A stretch of 64,000 nt of DNA, taken from NCBI GenBank assembly GCA_964016885.1, contig OZ024745.1:129642001-129706000 (forward strand), read 5' to 3'. This stretch comes from Eledone cirrhosa. Taxonomy: Eukaryota. This document shows, piece after piece, positions 27,071-41,750 of the stretch (positions are counted from its first letter, which is position 1; each line of letters starts with the position of its first letter). A program made the translations under genes and the position numbers. The notes under the pieces were generated by a model. The model saw nothing but the letters and a program-made list of their open reading frames with translations. It was not told the origin of the DNA and did no database searches.

Positions 27071-27860
27071 ATGTATTTATGCATGTATGTATGTGTGTGT
27101 ATGTATGTATGTGTGTGTGTGCATGTATATATATATATGTGTGTGTGTGTGTAATTATGTATGTATGTGTATGTATGTGTGCATGTATGCATGTGTGTGT
27201 GTGCATGTATGTATGCATGTATCTACGTATGTATGTATGTGTGTGTATGTATGTATGTATGTATGTATGTGTATGTATGTATGTATGTATGTGTGTTTGT
27301 CTGTCTTTGTGTGTATGTATATATGTATGTATGTATGTGTACGTACGTATGTGTATGTATGTATGTATGTGTATGTATGTATGTGTATGCATGTATGTAT
27401 ATATGCATGTATGTATGAATGTATATGCAATCGCTTTCTCTTTGTTTGAATCTATTTCTAACTGGCTACCTCCCCGGCGGCAACCTACAAAGAAAAGTTA
27501 ATTTTCTCATTTCTTGTGCAATAGTTCATAGATTCAACCGTAAAAATACAAAGATTTTGAAGTTTCACGAAGTAGCTGCCATTTGTAGCCTATTAATAAA
27601 AGAACTGCGTTGAAAATGTACCTATACCTATGTTGAGGGAAGAAATGTTTGTTTAATCATCATCATCATCATCATCATTTTACGTCCGCTTTTCCCAGCT
27701 TGCAAGGGTGGGACAATGGTTCTAAGAAATCTTTGTCTATAATAATCTTAACTGCTTTGGAGTAAGTTGGTGTAAACCAAACTATTTAAGAACACACGAG
27801 TTACTCCTCCTGAATAAACAAAACACGAAATTTATTGTTACATTATTATTAACTCCCATA

Positions 27861-28278
27861 GGGCTGTGGATTGGCAGTATCGGTAGAGGATCTGACGCCC
27901 TGCTTAGCAGCATGGAGTTGCGCCCCTTTATGATCTGAGTTCAAATCCCGCCGAGGTTAACTTTGCCTTTCATCCTTACGGGGTCGATAAAATAAAGTAC
28001 AGTCACTCACTGGGGTCGATTTAATCGATTTTGCCTTCCCCTTCAAAATACTGGCCTTGTGCTTAAAGTAGAAACAATTATTATTAACTCCCTTTTGGCA
28101 GTATCAGTAGAAAGTCGACGCCATGCTTTGCAGCATAAAGTTACGCCCCTTTACGGTCTGAGTTCAAATCCCACCGTGGTTAACTTTGCCTTTCATCCTT
28201 ACGAGGTCGATAAAATAAAGTACCAGTAATACACTGATTTAACTGCTGGCCTTGTGTCAAAATTAGAAACAATGATTA
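27861..28278 (+). mobile_element. Two tandem tRNA-derived SINE copies
   Basis: Heads at ~27872 and ~28096; both have B-box and core. Confidence 0.85.
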
Positions 28279-29137
28279 CCTCCCCTGCACTTTACGATAT
28301 CTCATGCATGAAATAATATCAACCATCTTATTCTTGCCTAAAAGATACGCAACTCTGTCATATATATTATTTCTTAGAGCTATGCTAGAGTAGACGTAGA
28401 TACATTAGGTAGCATTAACGAATACAAAAGTAAAAAGAATTTGTATCGCCCGGACCGAAAGGATTTCTGATGCATTATGTTCTGTATAGTCACAAGTTGT
28501 GGTTGTGCATCATCAAACTGAACGTACACCTAATATTTAGAGAACAAAATATGAGTGTGTAGCTTTATTATCGTTGGCTTGCAAACAGAGCATTAACTTG
28601 TGTAATATATACGACTTTTGTTTCGAATGTGAGTTGCATAGTATATGCGTATGCGTAATCAATTCCATTACAAAGGTATTACCTAAGTAATTTAAACTGG
28701 TAGCATCGTCCTCAGCAGGTATTCGTCCAATACATGCAACTTATATATCCAGTTACTGTCAACAATATATCCAGTTACTGTCACACCATAGTAGTTCTAT
28801 AATGGCGTTGATTTATCATGTGGCATTGAAAATGTTCAGCCACTTAGCACAGTTTAATAGCGAATTATAGGTGTGAACTAAGCTAATTAAAAAAAAAAAA
28901 AAAATCACTCAAACCTCAAAGTAAGCTCTCAAAACTACCTTTCATAAAAGATTAGGAGAGCAATATTTGTAGTAGAAAATTGGAATTTTATTTGCATTTA
29001 GGTTACACAAGTCGAATCAATTTCAGGAAGTGACTAGACTCACGATGGTGTGACGAATAAATTCTTGGCACCAGAGTGGACTCATTTACAATATTCGAAA
29101 GGAAACACCATGAATAAAATTTGACCGAATGTGTGCC

Positions 29138-29955
<818 letters not shown>

Positions 29956-30362
29956 GATTACGTAGGCGCACACACACTCATATAAGAATATGAACATACA
30001 AGATACATACGCAAAAACATGTAAAAAAATATCCCGAGGACAAAGCATTATCACCCTCACCAGGCTGTCAGTGCTCGTTTACCCGAGAGGCTTGTACGAG
30101 CTACTTTCTACGTAAACAATCGGTGAAGTAAGTAAAAGTAAGATTAAAACATATAAATACAGAAATATATTCACCAAACTCTTTACCAGTCATGCAGACA
30201 GCCGACGAGCAAACCGACGAGTGAGACAGTAAGTCATCGTAGACACCCAGCAATTGGTTGCTATGCCAGATTTGATAATAATTATATTTTGCTTTGCTTT
30301 CTTTTAGTTATTACTTTTATTTATCACTACGAATCTTGCAGTTGTTATTGAAATTATTATTA

Positions 30363-30800
30363 TTAACTTTGCCTTTCATCCTTACAGGGTCGATAAAATA
30401 AAGTACCAGTAGTGTACTGGGTTATTGCTGGCCTTGTGCCAATAGTAGAACCAATTATTGTTATTATTGGCAGTATCGGTAGAGGGTCGGACGCCCTGCT
30501 TTGCAGCATAGAGTTACGGTCCTTTGCGGTCTGATTCCAAATCCCACCGAGGTTAACTTTGCCTTTCATCCTTACAGGGTCGATAAAATAAAGTACCAGT
30601 AATGCACTGGGGGCGGTATCGGTAGAGAGTCAGACACCATGCTTTGCAGCATGGAGTTACGGCCCTTTATGATCTGAGTTCAAATCCCACCGAGGTTAAC
30701 TTTTCCTTTCATCCTTACGGGGTCGATTAAGTAACGTACCAGTAAAACACTGAGATAATTGCTGGCCTTGTGCCAAAAATAGAAACAATTATTATTATTA
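30363..30800 (+). mobile_element. Three tandem or truncated SINE copies
   Basis: Core AACTTT.CCTTTCATCCTTAC occurs three times. Confidence 0.85.
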
Positions 30801-31019
30801 TTATTATTATTGTTTTTGTTGCTGTTATTGTTGTTGCTGTTGTTGTTGTTGTCATCGTCATCGTTGTCGCCGTCGTTGTTGTTGTTGTTGTTGTTTACCA
30901 GAAATATGCTATCGCTTCTGTTGCCGTAACTTTCCCGTTTTAACTTGTTTACATGACCCACTGATAATATTCTCTTCAAATTCATTTAAATAAGACCTCC
31001 CGCTTTCTCATAAAAATAC

Positions 31020-32260
31020 AGCGACCATCAACATTTGGCAACCTCCGCCTTAGATGATACACCATAGAGAGCGAAAGAGTACACCTGGTTTCAGTGGAGC
31101 GCTGATCGATTCGTATCAATCAAAAGCTTTCGATAAGGTCGAACGTCGGTTTTTGGATGGTGTCCTCAAGGTAGTCAGATTTGGTTGTTTTCGGAGGCTG
31201 GATCATTTCACTGCACAGTGGAATTCCCGTTTGTGGTCTGAGTAAATGGCTATTTATTAGATCCGTTTCACATCATGCGCTCTGTCCGCCAATGACGTCA
31301 TCTTTCATCCCTTTTGTAAGTGTTCACCCTCGAGTCAGTTCTGAAGAAAATTTTGAATGTCATCCCACTTGAGCCTAGTCGCAGTCGGTAAGCTTTTAAA
31401 ATTCTACAAAAGCTTGACGGGAACAAATATTAATTGTTTCTACTTTTGGCACAAGGCCAGCAATTACCCAGAACATTACTGGTTCTTTAATTTATCGACC
31501 TGGTAAGGATGAAAGGCAAAGTTAACCTCGGCGATATTTGAACTCAGTCCGTAAAGGGACGTAACTCTGTGCTGCAAAGCATGGCGTCCGACCCTATACC
31601 GATACTGCCAATCCACCACAAATATTAATACGGACGAGTCAGATCAGCGACTGGCATTTGGAATGTTGTCAGGTAATCACAGTCCGCATATAGTTGGGAA
31701 ATGCGATCGGTGGAAATTCTATATTAACGTCCTATGAGGGACTATTGGTGAGTAAGTGTAAGCATAGTCTTGGGGAAAGTCTACTCGTCGATCAAGATGG
31801 ACTGACTAGTCTTATCTGAAGGACGTTCGGCACAGTAACTATGGGTAATATCTAATAACTATTTGTCTGACAGTTCTGGGTGATCTCTACAAGCAAGGAG
31901 TTACTGTGAGACGAGCTTGCCTTAAACGAGCGCATAACAATGAAACTGTTCTGCATTTACTTGGCAGGTATCGTTGCATTGCTGAATTGTGATTTGTTGA
32001 ATAACCGTAGTCACACGTAGGACGAATCCGGCTATCGGCCGACAAAAACCTGATGATCATGCAGCCGCTCTGTTGTGTGTGTGTGTAGGGGGCTCGGAAA
32101 TGCAGGCATTTTTCCCACGTACGGTGGGTATGGCTAATGAGGTTGTGTGGAGGACGAGGCTGAAATGACGGGAGTAATTCCTCTTCGTCCAAGCCCTCAT
32201 TGACGTTTTCATGTTCTTCTTGGAAAGCAAGTTGAGAAGTGCTGCCTCCTAGTATATTTC
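31020..32260 (+). pseudogene. Decayed Tx1/L1-like LINE RT fragment interrupted by a minus-strand SINE (31430-31618)
   Basis: QSKAFDKVERRFLDGVLKVVRFG matches the D.xKAFDRV motif; similar to the 57530-58030 fragment. Confidence 0.7.
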
Positions 32261-33569
32261 TCAAGAAAGTGGCTGAAACTACTAACCATTGTGCAGACTA
32301 AATACTTTGCTGTTTTTCATTTTTTATGTTTAGTGTGTAACCTCCTTAAAATAATTGTAAGATCTATTATTGTAATATATTCTAGACAAAATAAAGAAAA
32401 CATATATAAAAAGAAAATAATACTAAAAACCACAGAAAACGGCGACATGGCTAACAACAAAGACTGGTATTTATATGTTTTTTTCGGCCTGTCGAAACAA
32501 ATCTATGCGATAATAGAAAATTAAGATATGAGAAAATTAAAGAAAAACAAGGGACGTATTTTTGACAAAAATAAATTACATGGAAAAATATATGAAGAGA
32601 TAAGTCATTAAAGTAAAAGAAAGACTAAATAAAAAAAAGATTAAACCATAAAAAATTAAATAAAGCAATGCAATAGGAAAATATACTGAGGCGCGCACAC
32701 ACAGAGAGAAAGCTAGACATGTATAATCAAAATAACAGTGATGACTTCATTGCATTCTCTACGAAGACAAACTATTAATAGGTCATTTATGAATTATCTT
32801 GTAACACATTGGTTTGTGTGTTGCTAGGAAAATACGGAGAGATTCATACCAGCCTAAAGCGAGAGATGTGTTTGTCAGTGGATGGACTATGACAAAATGG
32901 AAACAAAGTTGCTACTTTTTCTTTGTAAATAATTTAACATGGCTGTGTTCGTTACGAAGTTCGTTATGCAATCATGAGATCCAATCTCACAGAGTAAATA
33001 TGTGTTTATATAAGGTCAAGCTAAGCCTTGTGTGTAAAATTGAGTAGACCCCCAAATTGTATGGAAGCTTGTCCCATGGATTGTACCAGTAATATATATT
33101 CCCAGCCTTGTCACACAATTTGTTATGTTCATTCGGCTTAGAAATTATGTCTCTCTAGAATGCTGAATCTCTTGCGCGTTGTTTCATGAGTTGGGAAGTT
33201 CGATTGATGGATTAACTGAATTTCCATTTTCAAAACCGTCGGAAGAGTCATCAAGCTATGGCATGAACTACTACACATCTATGATTTATCTTCTTCCGGT
33301 ATCCTCTGAACACAGTCGGTTGAATAACGTATGCATATATGTAGGCTTCCGATTGATTTCTCTGTAGCTTGAAGCCATTGTAGATTTAAACTTAGAATAT
33401 GAAGTTCTGACGCAAATACAACAGCGCTGCTTGTCTTACCCTCTAACGATTTCACTAAACACCGCTATTGATTGGTACTATTGGTATAAACCTTGAAAGC
33501 TGATATCTGCAGGATTTGAATTCAGAAAGTGAAGGAGTGTGATTTCTACAGCAAGTCTCTATTTTTGTT

Positions 33570-34330
33570 CTTGTATGTTATTCAAACATCATGCTCTTGA
33601 TCTTCCACTAGATCTCATGCACGTTGGTTCTGCCCGTAGAAACAGTACAGCGATTCTTTCTTCAGTCATTCTAACACCAAGACCATAGTATCAGATCTGG
33701 GAACTCTCGATTCGAAGAAGCGATTCTACATGGAGATACTTCTGGATTTCCGACCGACGCACACTATCAAGTAACGCCATTACAAAGAGGTACCCCACTC
33801 CGGCGGCTTCCTTTCCCGATCGTATTCTTTCGGCTATTAACCAAGATTGATGACCATAGATAAATGTAAATACAGACACCAAATTCTATATCGTGTATTA
33901 GACATATAACCACTTCTTTTGATTACTGAGTGCTGACACTGGTGGATTGCTGCACCAGCTCCTACAATTCTTGCATTTAATTCAGGCACCTAATTTCTAT
34001 CTTTCGTGAAAACTACTGCAATATACGCGAACTTCTCTAACTGCTTCAGTATAACTCTATTCAAACGCAGAGCGCACGCTTTCATTTGGGAATGAGTGCC
34101 TCAGTCTTTGCAGCGCTAATTCTCATTCCTGTCGTCCAGCACACGGCACTAACCTATCCAGTACATGTCGGAGATCATCTTTCAATGAGGTAAGACGTAC
34201 CTGTAGATAGCAAACCCTGTACATCAGAAGATATTGCTTTGACTTGACTTAGGAGTGCAAAACCCCCGTTGATTTCATAATAGAAGGTCTAGAGATGGAT
34301 ATTTCATTACGAAGCCGGCAGATAGTTCAC
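33570..34330 (-). pseudogene. Decayed RTE-clade LINE ORF (C-terminal RT region)
   Basis: YGHQSWLIAERIRS...LDSVRRSEIQKYLHVESLLRIESSQI*YYG..VRM; same family as 7322-7690. Confidence 0.75.
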
Positions 34331-35599
34331 CATAATATTTATTTACTGATCCAAATCTAACCCCACCTTAACCCTAAATCCCTCGCATATCTTAACCTTG
34401 TACGCCTTTACACTCATTGCCGAAACTTTTCGCGCCTACTGTAATCTAAAAATATGCCAAGTTGCCCACAACACATCAGAAATAGAACCAGAGAGATGAA
34501 TAATAAGATTAATCATACAGATGAAATTACTACAACTAATAGCAAAAATAATAGTAGTCAACAATGAGAAATACTAATAAGTACAGTTGCGAAACAGGAT
34601 GCGAAGAATGTAACATCCAATCCTCACAAGTAAAATTCTATCAACGAGACCTTGGTTTCGTTCATTGTCTGCTAGACTCATAAAAACAAGTTATTTTATT
34701 TATTTACATATTTGTTGTCTGAATATATTTCTTTATTCTGCTCTGAAAAGGGAAGAGCTGTGCTCATAACCTTTACAGCGCCACCTAGAGTGGAAGGTTG
34801 CGACGCGTGGAGGGGAAGGTTAGTGCGGTTAATGTTTCGTTTGAGATGTTGAACGTAATACGTAAGCAGGTACTGACGTTGCAGAAGGAAGCAGCATGTT
34901 AGATATACATAAGAGTGAGCATGTTGTTGAGTGCAATATGCCTAGAGGAGTGTATGAGTGCTTTTGAATACGTGTGCGTTTATACATGCGTGTGCATATG
35001 AGTATGTACGCGTGTGTATGTATTAGTGGGGTTTAGTAGATGCCAGAAAGCAGAATGACAGGTGCAGTGAATAGCTTGCCTGTTTTCTTAGTTATTTTAT
35101 GTGGGTGGAGTTGGGATGAAGCCAAGTAAGTCGGAGGCAATGAGATATTTGTAGTCCCGTTGGTGGTGGGGGTGATGGTGGTGTGGATATAACATTATGA
35201 AGTACAGATCAACGAGTAAATGTTGTCAGCGAAGGTTGTGCCAATCAAATTGTTGCCCTTTGTTGTAAGCGATACGATTGTCAGACATGGCAACACTAAT
35301 CTTATATGTTCAAGGGCATGTGAGTTAGCACAAACTGTAGTATGCCAAAGTAGATAGATTCATTAAAAGCGTTATCTAGTTTGATTGTTCTTGTTCAAGT
35401 AGTCATCAGTGTTACTTTCTCTTCCATCCAATAAAAAACACTCAAGTATTTCCATGACACCGAGACTAATTATATTAATATGGTCACCTCACTCATTCTA
35501 AATCGACATATATCAAAACAAAAAGATACACATTTCAATTTCAAAAGAAAAGAAAAAAAGCAGATTGCAGTCGCAGATTATTAATATTATAATAATAAG

Positions 35600-36330
35600 G
35601 GTGGTAGATTGGCAGTATCGGTAGGGCGTCGAACAATATGCTTCGTAGCATAGAGTTACGGCCCTTTACGGTCTGAGTTCAAATCCCGCCGAGGTTAGCT
35701 TTGCCTTTCCTTCTTACGGGGTCGATAAAATAAAGCACCAGTAATGAGCTGGGGTCGATTTAATCGACTCCCCTCCCCCCAAAAGAATAGCTAACTTTGT
35801 GCCTAAAGTTGAAACAATTAAGTGCGGTGGATTGGAGGTATCGGTAGAGTCGGACGCCATTCTTTGTAGCATAGAGTTACGGCCCTTTACGGTCTGAGTT
35901 CAAATCCCGCCGAGGTTAGCTTTGCCTTTCATCTTTACGGGGTCGATAAAATAAAGTGCCAGTAATGAACTGGGTCGATTTAATCGACTTGACCCTCCCC
36001 CCCCAAATGGCTGGCCTTGTGCCTAAAGTAGAAACAATTATTACTATTATCATTGATGAGTTCAAACCCGGCCAAAATTAGCTTTGCCTTTCATCCTTAC
36101 GGAGGTCGATAAATGAAAGGAATTCCCCTTTCTCAAACATTGCTGGTTTGTGCCTCCATCAGAAACTATCATTATCATTGATGAGCACAAATCCAGCCGA
36201 AGTTAGCTTTGCTTTTCATCCTTACGGATTCGATAAATTAAAGTACCAGTACGGATGTCGAATTAATCGATTTTCCTCTCCTTCAAAAACTGTTGGCCTT
36301 GTGCCTAAATAAGAAACCATAATTATTATT
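35600..36330 (+). mobile_element. Cluster of four SINE copies (two full, two 5'-truncated)
   Basis: Repeated B-box and core. Confidence 0.85.
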
Positions 36331-36739
36331 GATAATACATCCGTGTATAAGGAGTACAAGTGTTAACATTGAACTATGTTCGGATAAAAAAGAATAAAAG
36401 GAGGAATTGTGCACACCTGCTCTTCGATCTAATCATATCGATAACATAGCATGTAGATGCACATATACATGAAGATATATTTATAGTCATTCTTTATATT
36501 TTCAGCTTTCTTATACTATTTGTTAGGATTTTATATTTCATTTACTTTTCTTAGTTCTCTTATTAGTTTTAGATATTGAGAATCACACAAACTGGAACAT
36601 TGTCATCAGGAGGTTTAGTAGTTTTCATGGATTCCGGTGATTTGACTGGTAATAAATTCATGGAGAACTGAAATTTAACGCCGACTGGGTTTAAACAGGT
36701 ATAACTGAGATGGCGCGAAATATCAACTTATTTTTGACA

Positions 36740-37035
36740 TTTCTGATGATTGCTGGTTATTTTGCTGATCCTGAGAGGTCTGTTGCACACACCCAGTAAC
36801 TTGCATCACTCGGAACAAACGATTCTATTGAATGCACTGTATGTCAATAGCTGTTCCTTTCCATGATTTGCTGTCTCCTGCCGTAAGAATTTTGTTGGAG
36901 ATTCTCGTATTATAGGTTTTATTTTTGCTGTATATTTCACATATACGATCTCCTTCAGCACTTGATTGTTTCTCCACCTGTATCTTTCTTTGGCTAGTGC
37001 TATTCTGCATGAGCGCAGATCGTGTTCCACCCACT
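36740..37035 (-). pseudogene. Fragment of a restriction-like-endonuclease non-LTR retrotransposon (HERO/NeSL-like)
   Basis: EHDLRSCRIALAKERYRWRNNQVL matches H.LS.C..AL..GRY.WRHNQVL; downstream SDASYWVCATDL...*PAII resembles W....DL....P..I. Confidence 0.7.
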
Positions 37036-38731
37036 TTGTCCTCCTTTATTCTTTTTACTTTTTTTACGTACAGCCATTCTTTTTTTCATGCACGTTGGAC
37101 TGGACTCCACGTTATTCTTTTCCGTTTCTATATTTCTTTCCTTTCTCTATTTTATCATTAATATTTATGTAATTCGCCGGAAGATATAACCTATCATTTT
37201 ACGTACGAATGTGCTCTTGAATCAAAAGTTTCAACCTTAATAAACCGAAACCGTTGTGAATTCCATATTTTGACTGTGGTGATGGGAGTGTCCGTATTTC
37301 CGTTGATTTTTCTATTCTTTTTCTATCGTGTTTGTGTGACCTTATTTTAAATTAATATTCTAATGACGTAGCCAATCATAAACTCTGTGTCCCTTTCTAA
37401 TTGGTACTCTTGAACACACTGCATATATGAACAAGAAACATTTTTTCACAGCAGATAATGGAGAAACCTATGAGCTTAGCTCATTATATAGATTTCAAAT
37501 ATACTAAAGAAAAAGGTCTATGGTGATAGCATCAATCATTGTCAAGGCCTTTTTCTCATTAAACGACTTTATTCGAAACATGAAAATTAATTTCTATTTT
37601 TGACAATTGTTAATTGAATATCTGTCATGAAGTGACTTATGTGCCTTAGCAAGGGACAGAATGTAGTGATTTTTGTACAATCTTCTAATATCATATCTAC
37701 ATAATTAATTATTATGTGCGTAAAGCATTTTCCATTTTCGATAGTAAATAACAAGAATTCAGTGACGAATCTATTATATTTCATTCATTCATTCTTTCAT
37801 TCATTCATTCATTCTATATCTCATGATTTCTTTCATTCTTTTACTTTTTTCTTTCCTTTCTTTTTCTCTTTATCTCTCGTATCAAATAAAATGAACGAAA
37901 AAACAAACAATCAAAAAAGATATCCAAGGTTCATATCAAGTGTATCACTAGAAAACCAAAGAAGTGTATACAAACAAATTGGTTACATATTCTCTGTTCC
38001 ATTGAGAGTCTGTAAACTAGATATAGCATTAATCAACAAGCTATTGTTTGCTGACTTAAAGTTACCCGCCGATTCATCTGTGGGAAACGGTGAACCAAAT
38101 ATGGTTCTATATAGTTTTGGCCTCGTCAGCAGTTTGAGCGCTATTCAAAAGCGTTTTCTTCTCGTATCTCAAATAAAAGATATTAATTGAATCAATGTCG
38201 AGGAAAAAAGAGAGACCAAGATGAGAGGATAAAAGATAGAAAGATGAAAGAAAAGACAAAGAAAAAGACCGGAGAGAAAGATAGAAAGAGAAAGATAGAG
38301 ACATTGGTATGATTGAATAAGAGTGATTGGTAGAAGAAAGAAAATATATAAAATATGGTGAAAGCAACGATAAAAGATAGAAGATGGGAAATAAAAAGAA
38401 GAATGTTTTAAAAATATGAGAGCGAGAGAACGAAAAAAAAACGAAGGAAGACAAAGACATAATGTGAATTTAGTCAATGACTCTAGTAAATGTAGGAAGC
38501 ATTTAACCAAAAGAAGGATATTAGAAAGAGATAGAGATTTAGAAAGAGAGAGGAATAAAGCGATAAGTGGAGAGTCATTAGATCATATATAATGAAAGAA
38601 AGAGTGATATGGAAATAAAGAAATAGAGGAAGAGAGGGAGTGAGAGAGAGGTATGTATGTATATATATATAGAGAGAGAGAGCGAGAGAGGGGGCGGGGG
38701 TTTAGTGAGAGATAGGGATACATATACATAT

Positions 38732-38785
<54 letters not shown>

Positions 38786-38998
38786 ATAATATATATATAT
38801 ATATATAATATAATATAATATATATATATATACGTATGTATATATATATATATATATATCATATATATATATATATATATATATATTACATATATATATA
38901 TAGAGAGAGAGTTGAAGAGAGAGAGGGGAGAGAGATGGGGAGATAGTGAGGGAGAGGGAGAGAGGGAGATAAGGAGAAAGAAAGAAAGCAAGAGACTT

Positions 38999-39035
<37 letters not shown>

Positions 39036-39114
39036 GAGGGGAGAGAATGAGAGATAGAAATGAAGCATAACAGGGATAAAATATTGGTGTAGAGATAGAG
39101 AGAGGGTGAGAGAG

Positions 39115-39315
39115 AGAGCTGGGGTAATGTGAGAGAGAGAGGCCTGGGGAGAGAGAGAGCTGGGAAAGGTGAGAGAGAGGCCCGGGGAGAAAGAGAGAGA
39201 GCTGGGGATGGTGAGAGAGAGGCCCGGGGAGAGAGAGAGCTGGGGATGGTGAGAGAGAGGCCCGGAGAGAGAGAGAGAGCTAGATGGTGAGAGAGAGGCC
39301 CGGAGAGAGAGAGAG
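39115..39315. repeat. ~38-40-bp GA-rich minisatellite (GCTGGGGATGGTGAGAGAGAGGCCCGG...) x5
   Basis: Directly visible. Confidence 0.8.
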
Positions 39316-39324
39316 TCAGTGTTG

Positions 39325-39389
<65 letters not shown>

Positions 39390-39400
39390 CGTGTGTGTGT

Positions 39401-39439
<39 letters not shown>

Positions 39440-39699
39440 AGTGTGTGAGAGAGAGAAAGAGAGGGAGGACTGTTGAGAGGAGAGACAGAAAGAGCCAGTG
39501 TTTGAGAGAGAGAAAGCGAGAGAAAGAGAGAGAGTGGAGGGAAAGTTAGGGAGAGAGGTGGAGATTGAATGACAGAGAAATGGAAATAAAGAGAAGACAA
39601 TTAAAATAGATTCAAATATTTTGTATAACTCCAATAGTTCTGCTTTCAAGAAGCAACATTTTAATTAAAGGAAAAATTGAAAGCTGATGATGCTAAAAA

Positions 39700-39849
39700 T
39701 GATGATGATGATAATCATGAAAATACTACTACTACTACTACCTCGGCTGCTGCTGTTATTACTACTGCCATCACCACCACCACCACAACCACTACTACCA
39801 CTACTACTGTTACTAATACCTCCACTGCTGCTGCTGCTGCTACTACTAC

Positions 39850-39903
<54 letters not shown>

Positions 39904-39956
39904 CATCACGACCACTACTACTGTTACTACTACCTCCACTGCTGCTGCTGCTGCTG

Positions 39957-40004
<48 letters not shown>

Positions 40005-40045
40005 ATAATAATAATAATGATAATAATAAATAACAATAACAACAA
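39700..40045. repeat. Compound trinucleotide tract (ACT/GCT/ACC/AAT) with internal ~115-bp duplication
   Basis: CCATCAC...CTGTTACTA.TACCTCCACTGCTGCTGC occurs twice. Confidence 0.85.
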
Positions 40046-40564
40046 TGAGAAGAAACGAAGAAACAGAATGGGGAAAAAATATTATTAATAAATTAGTTTC
40101 AATTGATCAATGTAAAAATAAATAATTAAATAAAGTAATACATTCTAAATTGGTAAAATAGAAAATAATATGTCACTACAAACAAAAACAAATAAAATAT
40201 ATTAATCAATAATTGTTAATGAATGATTAAATTGTTATGATTACTACTCCAGCCCAACACCTTCCATTGAATTTCTAGCTAGAATATTGAAAATGATGAC
40301 TAAACTTTGGAAATGATTCCAAAAATGAAGATTTTTAGATTTCCTTTGAAAGGAAGTCGGAGAATTTAGTAAAGCAAATTTTAATAACGTATTTTTAGGT
40401 ATAGCAATTGAACAGGTTTCTATGTGGTTTAGGCTAATAGGATTGTAATATAATGTTTGTGAAACCCTTTGTAGACGTGCATGCTAAGGAATTATTTTCT
40501 ATATAGGTTGCAGAATTAAGTAAATCTAAATAGAACACGAAATATAATAATGAAATATAACATA

Positions 40565-40658
<94 letters not shown>

Positions 40659-40716
40659 TATAAACATATATATATATATATATATATAAACATATATATA
40701 TATATATATATATATA

Positions 40717-40759
<43 letters not shown>

Positions 40760-40773
40760 GCACACACACGCAC

Positions 40774-40945
<172 letters not shown>

Positions 40946-40959
40946 GTGCGTGTGTGTGC

Positions 40960-41047
<88 letters not shown>

Positions 41048-41149
41048 GCACACAGACGCACACACGCACACATTACAAACACAGACACGGACACACACAC
41101 GCATACACACTCTCTTTTGTGTCTATAGGCACGAGTGTTTTCCAGGGTA

Positions 41150-41750
41150 CTGGATTGAGAATATCGGTAGAACGTCGAACAATAAGCTTTGCGGCATGGA
41201 GTTACAGCCTTTACGCTTTGAGTTCAAATCCCGTTGATGTTAGCTTTGCTTTTCATCCTCACAGAGTCGATAAAATGAAGGGGCTCGATTTTTATCGAAT
41301 TAACCCTTGTTGGTCTTGTGTCTAAATCAGAAACTATTATTATTGCTTGTGTAAGGGCGGTGGTTTGGCAGTATCGGTAGAGCGTCAGACACCATGCTTA
41401 GCAGCATAGAGTCATGGTCCTGTATGTTCTGAGTTCAAATCCCACCACGTTAACTTTGCCTTTCACCCTTACAGGGTCAATGAAATAAAGTACCAGTAAT
41501 GCACTGGGGTAATTGCTGGCCTTATGCCAATAGTAGAAATAATTATTATCAACCCTATCAGGTCGGTGGTTTGGCAATATCGGTAGACACCATGCTTTGC
41601 GGCATAGGATTTATGGACCTTTACGTTCTCAGTTCAAATCCTGCCAGGTTAACTTTTGCCTTTCATCCTTAAGGCGTCCATAAAATAAAGTACCAGTAAT
41701 GCACTGGGGGTAATTGCTGGCCTTGTTCCAAAAGTAGAAACATTATTATT
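41150..41750 (+). mobile_element. Three head-to-tail SINE copies
   Basis: Heads at ~41151, ~41359 and ~41566. Confidence 0.85.

Noticed and set aside
36743-36790. CTGATGA motif
   Set aside because: No downstream GAAA or stems; it lies within a LINE coding fragment.
37714-38190. 158-aa ORF as a host exon
   Set aside because: N-terminal half is low-complexity (TCAT)n/T-rich; no recognisable domain or splice support.
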